NCBI GenBank assembly: GCA_021809545.1
Contig: JAKAYL010000003.1
Coordinates: forward strand, 4,990-68,989
DNA from: Thermoplasmata archaeon
GTDB lineage: Archaea; Thermoplasmatota; Thermoplasmata; Lutacidiplasmatales; UBA184
DNA: 64,000 nt
Direction: 5' to 3'
Of this stretch, positions 30,819 to 39,232 are shown in pieces; the stretch's first letter is position 1, and the number at the start of each line of letters is the position of its first letter. The position numbers and the translations under genes were made by a program. The notes below the pieces were generated by a model. That model was not told where the DNA came from and did no database searches. It saw only the letters and a program-made list of their open reading frames with translations.

Positions 30819-31233
30819 GGTTTCCCTCCTGAGCTGAGCGCCGCAAGGATTCGGCACTGCCCGTTGCCAACAGGAAAAGGTTGTCGGACTTTTTCCCCGC
30901 TCCCTTTGCTCTGAGTCCACGAGCCACGGGGGACAGGCAGGGTCCGGCAACAGGCTAGAGGCTGTCGAAGGGCAGGTTCTGCCACGTTGGGGAGCGGGAA
31001 GCTGAGAGGGAGGGGTTGACCTTCCAGTACCCGTTGTCGCTCTCGTTCCACCCTAGAGCGAGAGAGTGGGTAAGCTGGGCATGTTGCTTAAGAATCCTTA
31101 CGTGCTCTCCGTTCCCGTGGAGAGTTCGTGCGCCATCCCCCTACCGTGTTACTCCAGTTCGTGGAATTCTGACGGTTTTCAGGCGCATGCTTCATCCACC
31201 TTGATTGGTTCTGGGCGAGGTTCGGATGGGCGG

Positions 31234-32919
31234 ATGTTACGGGGCGTGGATAGACTTGGCGTGTCGTCCGAAGGGGAGTCCCGCCCCCCTTTGCCCCCGT
31301 CCACGGGAGGAGGATTCGTCGCACCAGGGCTTGGCTTGGGTCCCCGGATTGGAACCTCGAAGCCCGGGCTCCCCCCGGTCCGTGGGCGGAGCGCCGCCCG
31401 CCGCACTTCTCGACCTTGGATCGACCGCCCCTTCGCCGTGATAGACCTGGGATCGAATTCTGCCCGACTTGTGATTTATCGGAGTGCGCCGGTCGGCCCC
31501 CCGTGGAGCATCCACGAGAACAAAGAGTATCCCCGGTTGGTGAACGAGCTCGGGGACGATGGCTATCTTACCCGGAAGGCCCGCCACAGCGGCGGAGCGG
31601 CGATGCTGGAGTTCCAGCGCTTGCTCAAGCTCTATGGTGTGACCGAGGTTCACGCCGTGGCGACGAGTGCGGTCCGCGAGGCGCGGAACGGGCCGGAGTT
31701 CGCTGAGGAGATCCAACGTCGCTGCGGATTCCCCTTGCGGATACTCACCTCCGATGAGGAGGCGCGGTATGCGTACCTCGGGGTGGCGAGTGCGCTCCCC
31801 TTGGAGAAGGACCTCATCATGGACCTGGGAGGAGGCTCTCTCCAAGCCATGGCGGTCCGAAATGGGCGACTGCAGGAGACCCTCTCTCTTCCGCTAGGCG
31901 TGGTCCGGCTACATCGGAAGTTCCTCAAGCACGATCCCCCCAAGCCCAAGGAGCTCGAGGCACTGGAAGATCATGTGGACAAGGGCCTTCGCTCCCTCGG
32001 CCGCCTCAAGGCGGGAAGGGGGGAGAGGATCATCGGTGTGGGGGGCACCACCCGGAGTCTCGCCCGTGCCTTGCAGGCGGTGCGGGAGTACCCCATCGCG
32101 CGGGTGCACGGGTACACCCTACGGACCCGCGATCTGGAACGCCTGTATTCGGTCCTTTCGGAGAGTTCGACGGAGGTACGTCGGGAGATGCCGGGGATTT
32201 CCTCCACACGAGCGGACATCATCGTCGCAGGTTTGGCGGTCGTGCTCGGTGTGCTCCACCGTAGGGACGCGGACAGCCTCACGGTCTCGGGGTGCGGCAT
32301 TCGCGAGGGTATTGCCCAAGAGGTGTTGGATCGGACTCTGCCAGCCACCACCTCCGACATGGCCCAAGGTAGTGCGCTCGCAACGCTCTGGGCGCTCGGG
32401 ATGGATGCGGGCCACGCACGTCGGGTGCGCGAGATCGCCCTCAACTGCTTTGACACCACCGTGAGATTTCACCACCTCGAAGAAGAAGAGCGGCTTGCCC
32501 TCGAGGTCGCCGCTCTCCTGCACGATGTCGGCATCACGCTCTCCTACCCGGACCACGCCACCCATTCTGCCTACTTCCTACGGAACCGGCCGCTCTACGG
32601 CCTGACCCACCGGGGATTCCTGCTCGCTTCCCTCGCGGCCGGGATGCATGAGGGGGACTATCTCTCGGACAATGTGGCGAAGCGGCACCCCTTGATCGCC
32701 AGCCGGGACGATCTCGAGGTGGCGCGGATCCTCGGGGGTATGCTGGCCCTGGCCGAGTCGATCGGCGATTCCCATCCCCGTCCCCGTCTTTCCCTGCGGG
32801 AGGCCCGCCTCAGGGTCGAGGTATCTCCGGGCACTCCGGTCGACTCGCGCCTCCTTCACAGGGCCGGGCGCTGGCTCAAACGATCCCTGGAGGTGACCCT
32901 CGATGCTCGAGAACGATAG
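31234..32919 (+). CDS. ppx: Ppx/GppA exopolyphosphatase with C-terminal HD domain (start uncertain)
   Basis: Contains 'IDLGSNS', 'ATSAVREA', 'EEA', 'DLGGGS', 'GIREG' and 'LLHDVG'. Confidence 0.93.
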   Translation: MLRGVDRLGVSSEGESRPPLPPSTGGGFVAPGLGLGPRIGTSKPGLPPVRGRSAARRTSRPWIDRPFAVIDLGSNSARLVIYRSAPVGPPWSIHENKEYPRLVNELGDDGYLTRKARHSGGAAMLEFQRLLKLYGVTEVHAVATSAVREARNGPEFAEEIQRRCGFPLRILTSDEEARYAYLGVASALPLEKDLIMDLGGGSLQAMAVRNGRLQETLSLPLGVVRLHRKFLKHDPPKPKELEALEDHVDKGLRSLGRLKAGRGERIIGVGGTTRSLARALQAVREYPIARVHGYTLRTRDLERLYSVLSESSTEVRREMPGISSTRADIIVAGLAVVLGVLHRRDADSLTVSGCGIREGIAQEVLDRTLPATTSDMAQGSALATLWALGMDAGHARRVREIALNCFDTTVRFHHLEEEERLALEVAALLHDVGITLSYPDHATHSAYFLRNRPLYGLTHRGFLLASLAAGMHEGDYLSDNVAKRHPLIASRDDLEVARILGGMLALAESIGDSHPRPRLSLREARLRVEVSPGTPVDSRLLHRAGRWLKRSLEVTLDARER

Positions 32920-33631
32920 TCCCCCGACGTTGACGGAGTCCCCGACCCTCCACCACAGTCCCCAGCGGGGGAAGTTGATCGTGTTCGAGGGGCTGGACGG
33001 AAGCGGGAAATCGACTCAAGCCCGGTTACTACTGAAGTACCTCTCCTCCCGAGGATACCGGGTCTTCTTCACCGAGTGGAACTCCTCGGAATTGGTTTCC
33101 GACATCATCCGGAGGGGGAAGCGGAAGAACCTGTTGACGCCCACTACATTCTCTCTCCTTCACGCGACCGATTTCGCGGACCGTTTTGAGCGACATATCC
33201 TGCCTCCGCTGCGCGCAGGCTACCTGGTCATCTGTGACCGGTACGTCTACACCGCCTATGCCCGCGACGTGGCCCGAGGATGCGATGCGGACTGGGTTCG
33301 GAATCTCTACTCCTTCGCGGGGGCCCCGGACAAGACCTTCTATTTCAAGGTCCGCGTGGAGACGGCCCACCGGCGGAAGGTAACTTCCCGGATGAAGATC
33401 AAGCATTACGAAGCCGGGATGGACCTCGGGCTCTCTTCGGACATCACGGAGAGCTACCTGCGATTCCAGGGGCTGCTCAAGCGACAGTATGACATGCTGG
33501 CCCGCAAAGAGAATTTCACGGTCCTCGATGCTGAGGGAGATATCGAGTCCCTTCAGAAGCAGGTCCGGACGGCGGTCCGGCCCTTGCTCGAGGGATTCCC
33601 GAAAGAGGAGGTGTTGCTCCATGGTGACTAG
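32903..33631 (+). CDS. Thymidylate-kinase-like protein A (probable PPK3 subunit)
   Basis: Contains 'IVFEGLDGSGKST', 'DRYVYT' and 'YEAGMD'; sits in the ppx/CHAD operon. Confidence 0.8.
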   Translation: MLENDSPPTLTESPTLHHSPQRGKLIVFEGLDGSGKSTQARLLLKYLSSRGYRVFFTEWNSSELVSDIIRRGKRKNLLTPTTFSLLHATDFADRFERHILPPLRAGYLVICDRYVYTAYARDVARGCDADWVRNLYSFAGAPDKTFYFKVRVETAHRRKVTSRMKIKHYEAGMDLGLSSDITESYLRFQGLLKRQYDMLARKENFTVLDAEGDIESLQKQVRTAVRPLLEGFPKEEVLLHGD

Positions 33632-34391
33632 TCGGCGGCCCCGGCGGCAGATTTCCCTTCGCCAAAGGGAAGGCAGAACGCGACCTGTCTTCACGACCTA
33701 CGGGACGCAGGTCCCGGGAGTGGACCTCAGTGAGCTCCATGGGTACCTCATCGTCATCGAGGGGGCCGACGGCTCAGGCCGGACGACTGAGTGCCAGATG
33801 CTCAAGGACTATCTCGAGGTCCAGGGGCGTGCGGTCCTCGAGACGGGACTCCGTCGTTCCAGCCTGGTCTCCGAACAGATCGACGAAGCGAAACGGGGTA
33901 ACGTCCTGGGATCTACCACGATGTCCCTGATCTACACGGTGGACTTCGCAGACCAGTTGGAGAACAAGATCATCCCTGCCCTCGCCGCAGGCCACGTGGT
34001 GCTGGCCGACCGCTACATCTTTACCCTCATGGCCCGGGCCATCGTACGCGGGGCGAGCCGGGAATGGGCCGAGCATCTCTACGAGTTTGCCCTCCGTCCC
34101 AACCTTACCATCTTCCTGGACACCCGTCCGGAAATCCTCCTACACCGGGTCTTCAGCCGTTACCAGTCGCTGGACTACTGGGAGTCCGGCATGGACATCG
34201 GACTCTCCCGGGACCGTTTCGAGAGCTTCTACCGCTACCAAGACCTCCTCAAGACCGAGTTCCATTGGATGTCCAAGAAGTTCGACTTCGTCACCGTCAA
34301 CGCGAACCGCTCTCCGGAAGAAGTGCACCGCGATGTCCGCGCCTGCGTACAGGGGCTCTTCGGAGGGACGCGGATCGAATCCTTCCGCTGA
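33621..34391 (+). CDS. Thymidylate-kinase-like protein B (probable PPK3 subunit; P-loop K->R)
   Basis: Contains 'IEGADGSGRTT', 'DRYIFT' and 'WESGMD'; paralogue of the upstream gene. Confidence 0.8.
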   Translation: MVTSRRPRRQISLRQREGRTRPVFTTYGTQVPGVDLSELHGYLIVIEGADGSGRTTECQMLKDYLEVQGRAVLETGLRRSSLVSEQIDEAKRGNVLGSTTMSLIYTVDFADQLENKIIPALAAGHVVLADRYIFTLMARAIVRGASREWAEHLYEFALRPNLTIFLDTRPEILLHRVFSRYQSLDYWESGMDIGLSRDRFESFYRYQDLLKTEFHWMSKKFDFVTVNANRSPEEVHRDVRACVQGLFGGTRIESFR

Positions 34392-34403
34392 GGGTCTCGA
34401 ACC

Positions 34404-35249
34404 ATGGGTTCTGTCTCAGCGCTCCCCCCCCTGGAGATGGGAGCACTGGAGCCTCAGTTCTTTCTCTCAAGTGCCCTCGCGCGCTATGCCCTGGTCCGGA
34501 AAGCGCTCGGCTGCGCGAGTTCCGCCCCTTCTCTCTCCCCTGGATTCTTCCATGACCTCCACCGGGATCTTCGCCGTTCTCGGATCGACCTCCGTCTCCT
34601 CCGTCGCGTCGAACCCGTGAAGTACGGTTCTCCGCTGAAGCAGATCGATCGAACTCTCTCAGGGTTGGCGAACCGAGCCGGCGCCGTCCGGGATCGCGAT
34701 GTGATGCGGGCCCGGCTCGAAGGCCTTGTGGCCGGGGCCAACCCGGCCCTGCGGGAAGGGACTGGCCCGCTCCTTACGAGGCTCCGCACTGAGGGAAGGG
34801 ATTCCCGTGCTGTGTTTCGAGAACTAGCGGAGGATGCGCTCCGGACTCTGCCGGAATCGCTCCCCCCGGCCCCCCGGATGTCCCTGCGTCCCTCGAGGTT
34901 CCAGCGGTTGGTGTATCCCGACCTAGAAGCGGCACGGGAGGTACTGCTGGCGGCAGCGAAGAGCGCCACCCGCCATCCCTCGGTGCGGCGATTGCACCGA
35001 CTTCGGATCGCACTCCGCGGTTTCCGACAACTCCGTTCCTGCCTCTTCCCAGCGGACGGAGGGCAGGATCTGCCCCCCCCGTGGCCCTCGCTCCAGCGTG
35101 CCCTGGGCGTCCATCACGACCTGGGCGTGCTCGAAGAGTGGCTTCGCGACCAGGACAAGCACCATCACTTCCGAAAAGTGATCCACAGGACGCGGACGGT
35201 CCGGGAGCGGAAAGAGCGAGAGGTCCTGCGCCTCCTTCAGGGTCTCTGA
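34404..35249 (+). CDS. CHAD-domain polyphosphate-binding protein
   Basis: Contains 'HDLHRDLRR', 'GAVRDRDV', 'LHRLRIALR' and 'LQRALGVHHD'. Confidence 0.88.
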   Translation: MGSVSALPPLEMGALEPQFFLSSALARYALVRKALGCASSAPSLSPGFFHDLHRDLRRSRIDLRLLRRVEPVKYGSPLKQIDRTLSGLANRAGAVRDRDVMRARLEGLVAGANPALREGTGPLLTRLRTEGRDSRAVFRELAEDALRTLPESLPPAPRMSLRPSRFQRLVYPDLEAAREVLLAAAKSATRHPSVRRLHRLRIALRGFRQLRSCLFPADGGQDLPPPWPSLQRALGVHHDLGVLEEWLRDQDKHHHFRKVIHRTRTVRERKEREVLRLLQGL

Positions 35250-35266
35250 GGATCCCGTTTCCGCTC

Positions 35267-36769
35267 TCAGTTCCGGACTTCGGAATGCGGGGTGGGGAAC
35301 AGGGACGCCTTTCGGAGTGCGACCGCCAATTCCTCGACCGTGACCCGGCGCTGAGCCTTCGAATCCCGTTCTCTCAGTGTGTAGGTCTGGTTCGTGAGGC
35401 TGTCCCGGTCGACGGTGATGGCAAACGGGGTCCCTATCTCGTCCAGTCGGGCGTACCTGCGGCCGATCGAGCCTGAATCATCCAACACGACGTGGAACCC
35501 TTCCGCCACGAGCCTACGGTGCAGGCGAAGTGCGTCCTCCCCGTGTTCCTTCGGGATGAGCGGCAGAATGCCCGCCAGTTTCGGAGCAAGGTAGGGAGGT
35601 AGCGACCAGACCGTGCGGTCCCCGTCCTTCTTCATGAGGAGGTCCGCAAGGGCCCAGAGGTTCCGGTCGACACCGAACGTGAGCTCGAGGACGTGGGGGA
35701 GTATGTGCCGCCCGTTCTCCAGGGTCACCCCAAGGTCGGTCTTCGAGCCCTCGGAATGCTTGGTGAGATCGTAGTCCCCGCGGTAATGGACGGCCCCCAG
35801 CTCTTTGAAACCCCCCAAGGAGTCCAGGTGGGCCTCGAAGTCGTACTGGATACGGTTGTAGAAGGCCCGCTCCTTCTCGTTCTTCTCGAAGAGGCGCAGC
35901 CGTGCCTCGGGATACCCTAGGACGTCCCGGTAGCAACGGTAGGTCTGCATCAGGTGGTAGGCGTAGAACTCGGGCATTTGGCCCTGCGCCACGAGATCCG
36001 AGAGCTTCTGGAGGGTGGCCTCCTTCGCGCCTTTCTCCCGGTCCCGGGCCGTCAGGGCGGGGACACTGAAATCCGGGGGCACCCTCCAGCTATCGGGCAG
36101 GCCCTCGGGATCGAAGAAGATCTGGAGCTCGGCCTGGGTGAAGGCCCGCATCCGGAAGAGGACCTGCCGGGGGGCGATCTCGTTCCGGTACGCTTTCCCG
36201 ACGACCGCGACGCCGAGGGGGAGTTTCTTCCGCATGGCGTTCCACATCCGCGGGAAGGCGAGGTAGCTGCTCTGGGCCGTCTCGGGGCGCAGATAGGCCC
36301 TTTCTTCCGACTGGGCGCCCCAGTCGAACCCGAACATGAGATTGAAGGCCTTCGGCGGTGTGAATTCCGCCTTGCCGCACCGAGGACACCGGATCTTGAG
36401 CTCGACCAAGCGCTTCTGGAGCTCTTCCCCACGAAGCGCCTCGGCGTCCTGGACCCCTCGGGCCTCCAGAAGGGTATCGGCCCGGTATTCCTCACCGCAG
36501 GCGTTGCACTTGACCAGGGGATCCGCAAAATTGGCCAGATGACCCGAGGCCCGGACCACGGCCTCAGGAAGGATCTCCGCGGGTTCGATCCGATAATACC
36601 CGGGGGAGAGCCCCACGAACCATCGTTCCCAGGCGGCCTCGAGGTTCCGCTTGATGGAGGACCCGGCCTCGCCGTAGTCGTAGAGTCCCTGGATCCCCCC
36701 GTAGATCTCCGCAGTGGGCCAGAGCACCCCTCTCCTCAGGAACGTCGACATCAAGGCTTCGCTTTCCAT
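35267..36769 (-). CDS. glyS: Glycine--tRNA ligase (alpha2 type)
   Basis: Contains 'ASGH', 'YLRPETAQ', 'RNEIAPRQ' and the anticodon-domain motif 'SIGRRYARLDEIG'. Confidence 0.96.
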   Translation of the reverse strand: MESEALMSTFLRRGVLWPTAEIYGGIQGLYDYGEAGSSIKRNLEAAWERWFVGLSPGYYRIEPAEILPEAVVRASGHLANFADPLVKCNACGEEYRADTLLEARGVQDAEALRGEELQKRLVELKIRCPRCGKAEFTPPKAFNLMFGFDWGAQSEERAYLRPETAQSSYLAFPRMWNAMRKKLPLGVAVVGKAYRNEIAPRQVLFRMRAFTQAELQIFFDPEGLPDSWRVPPDFSVPALTARDREKGAKEATLQKLSDLVAQGQMPEFYAYHLMQTYRCYRDVLGYPEARLRLFEKNEKERAFYNRIQYDFEAHLDSLGGFKELGAVHYRGDYDLTKHSEGSKTDLGVTLENGRHILPHVLELTFGVDRNLWALADLLMKKDGDRTVWSLPPYLAPKLAGILPLIPKEHGEDALRLHRRLVAEGFHVVLDDSGSIGRRYARLDEIGTPFAITVDRDSLTNQTYTLRERDSKAQRRVTVEELAVALRKASLFPTPHSEVRN

Positions 36770-36823
36770 GGAGGGGTCGGAAGGACAACAGTAAAATAGC
36801 TCTTTGGTAACAGTGCAGGAGGT

Positions 36824-36976
36824 ATGCCATTCCCGGAAGCGACGGCACGACTGCTGGTAAAGAAGATCTGCATGAACTGCTCAGCCCGGAATTCGGTCCG
36901 GGCCGTACAGTGCCGGAAATGCGGGTACTCCGGGCTTCGCGTCAAGTCCAAGGAGAAGTCCGGCAAGACCAAGTAG
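36824..36976 (+). CDS. rpl40e: 50S ribosomal protein L40e (absent from the ORF track)
   Basis: Translates as [45 protein letters not shown]; GGAGG RBS upstream. Confidence 0.95.
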   Translation: MPFPEATARLLVKKICMNCSARNSVRAVQCRKCGYSGLRVKSKEKSGKTK

Positions 36977-37081
36977 GCAGCCTTCTCCCCCCGGGCCGCA
37001 GGAAGTCGGTCCGTACGCTGTCCCAGCGTGTCACAACAGCCTTTTCAATCCGTGGGACCTAGGCAGTGACCGGGTGGTCCA

Positions 37082-39226
37082 TTGCGGAACACAAAGAGCG
37101 AGTCAAGACCCCCCTCCCAGGATTCTTCCCCCTCTCCCCCCACTTCCCCGCCTACGAAGGAAGGGGTCATCTCCGCCCTGTGGGTCGAGGAGGGAAAGAT
37201 CCCTCCGCCTCCGCAACTGAAAGAACGAGCCCACGCTCCCGACGGTTCTATCTTCGACCGATTCTCCGAGGAGAGATTCCCCGAGTGCTTCCGCGAGTAT
37301 GCCGACATGCTGGAATGGTCGCGGCCCTGGGAGATGGTCCTCGACACCTCGGAGGCCCCCTTCTGGAAGTGGTTCACGGGTGGGGAACTTAACGCGAGCC
37401 ACAACTGCCTCGATCGTCATTTGGCCCGTCGGGGAGACAAGGTCGCCTACCACTTCGTCCCCGAGGACGAAAAGGAACCCCTCCAATCGCTCACCTATCG
37501 GGAACTTTACCGTCGGGTGAACGAGTTCGCCGTGCTCCTTCGGGAATTCGCGGGTCTACGCAAGGGAGACCGGGTGACGTTCCATCTTCCGATGACGCCT
37601 GAGCTCCCGATCTCCATGCTGGCGGCCGCCCGCCTCGGGGTCGTCCACTCCGAGGTCTTCGGGGGGTTCAGTGGGCAGGCCTGCGGGGCGAGGATCGCAG
37701 ACTCGGGGAGCAGCGTCCTCGTCACCCTCGACGGCTATGCCCGGAACGGCCGCACGATCGATCACAAGGCGAACGCCGACGTCGCCGTGGAAACCGCGCG
37801 GAAGCTCGGGCAGGAGGTCCGAAAGGTCCTGGTCTGGAGAAGGTACCCTGGCCGGGACCTTTCCCAGGCCCCGATGGTGGAGGGACGGGACTACTACGTG
37901 GACGAACTCCTGCCCCGGTTCCGGGGAACACAGGTTCCTCCCGAACCCGTGCGTTCGGAGGATCCCCTCTTCCTGATGTACACCAGTGGGACGACGGGCA
38001 AGCCGAAGGGGTGCCAGCACAGCACGGGGGGTTACCTTGCCTATGTCACCGGCACGTCCCGCTACGTCCTGGATCTCCAGGAGGACGACATCTACTGGTG
38101 CATGGCCGACATCGGTTGGATCACCGGGCATTCGTACATCGTCTACGGCCCGCTCTCGCTCGGCGCCACCTCTGTCCTCTATGAGGGCGTGCCGAGCTAC
38201 CCGGATGCCGCCCGCCCCTGGCGCCTCTCGGAATCCCTGGGGGTCACGGTCTTCCACACCTCCCCGACGGCGATCCGCCAGCTGAGAAAGTCCCTCCCCG
38301 AAGGCCCCCGGGGGCACAACGTCCGTTTCCGTCTCCTGACCACCGTGGGAGAACCCATAGAACCCGAGGTGTGGAAATGGTACTTCGACGTGGTCGGCGG
38401 GGGACGTGCGGCGATCACCGACACCTGGTGGCAGACGGAGACCGGGGGATTCCTCTGCAGCACGCTTCCCGCCGTGCATCCCATGAAGCCCGGGAGCGCC
38501 GGCCCACCTCTGCCCGGCATCTTTCCCGTGATCCTGGACGAGGACGGAAGGGAAGTGCCTAAGGGCATGGGGCACGCTGGCAACCTCTGCATCCGGAATC
38601 CCTGGCCCGGGGTCCTCCAGACGATCTGGGGAAGCCCCGAGAGGTACGTGGCGCAGTACTATCATCGGTACAGCAAGAAGCCCGGGAGCAAGGACTGGCG
38701 AGACTGGCCCTATCTCACGGGGGACGGGGCGATCGAGGGGGCCGACGGATACTTCCGGATCATAGGGAGGATCGACGATGTCATCAAGGTCGCCGGGCAC
38801 CGCCTGGGGGCCAAGGAGCTCGAGAGCGCCTGCCTCACGGTGCCGGAGGTGGCCGAAGCCGCCGCCGTCCCCCTGGCCGACGAGGTCAAGGGGCGGGTCC
38901 CCGACATCTACGTGTCCCTGAAGCCAGGGTCCGCTTCCTCTCCGGAGGTGGTCGACAAGGTGCGGCAATCGATTGTCGGCCTCATCGGGAAGATCGCCGC
39001 TCCACAGCACGTCTACGTCGTGGAGGACATGCCGAAGACCCGCTCCGGAAAGATCATGCGGCGGGTCCTCGCAGCCCTGTCGAACGGGGCGGACTGCGGG
39101 GACACCTCCACACTTGTGAACCCGGAGGTCGTGGAGAACATCCGTCGTACCGTGGGGACGGGCGCCTCCCCGAAGACCGGGCTCAGCCGCGAAGCGATCC
39201 TCCAAGAAGTGCGGGACCTGGATTGA
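37082..39226 (+). CDS. acs: Acetyl-CoA synthetase (AMP-forming)
   Basis: Contains 'YTSGTTGKPKG', 'DIGWITGHSY', 'DTWWQTETG' and 'PKTRSGKIMRR'. Start position uncertain. Confidence 0.95.
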   Translation: MRNTKSESRPPSQDSSPSPPTSPPTKEGVISALWVEEGKIPPPPQLKERAHAPDGSIFDRFSEERFPECFREYADMLEWSRPWEMVLDTSEAPFWKWFTGGELNASHNCLDRHLARRGDKVAYHFVPEDEKEPLQSLTYRELYRRVNEFAVLLREFAGLRKGDRVTFHLPMTPELPISMLAAARLGVVHSEVFGGFSGQACGARIADSGSSVLVTLDGYARNGRTIDHKANADVAVETARKLGQEVRKVLVWRRYPGRDLSQAPMVEGRDYYVDELLPRFRGTQVPPEPVRSEDPLFLMYTSGTTGKPKGCQHSTGGYLAYVTGTSRYVLDLQEDDIYWCMADIGWITGHSYIVYGPLSLGATSVLYEGVPSYPDAARPWRLSESLGVTVFHTSPTAIRQLRKSLPEGPRGHNVRFRLLTTVGEPIEPEVWKWYFDVVGGGRAAITDTWWQTETGGFLCSTLPAVHPMKPGSAGPPLPGIFPVILDEDGREVPKGMGHAGNLCIRNPWPGVLQTIWGSPERYVAQYYHRYSKKPGSKDWRDWPYLTGDGAIEGADGYFRIIGRIDDVIKVAGHRLGAKELESACLTVPEVAEAAAVPLADEVKGRVPDIYVSLKPGSASSPEVVDKVRQSIVGLIGKIAAPQHVYVVEDMPKTRSGKIMRRVLAALSNGADCGDTSTLVNPEVVENIRRTVGTGASPKTGLSREAILQEVRDLD

Positions 39227-39232
39227 ACGTTC

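Noticed and set aside
32903-34391. Annotation as two ordinary thymidylate kinases
   Set aside because: The ppx/CHAD/SixA context and the paired divergent P-loops fit PPK3 better.
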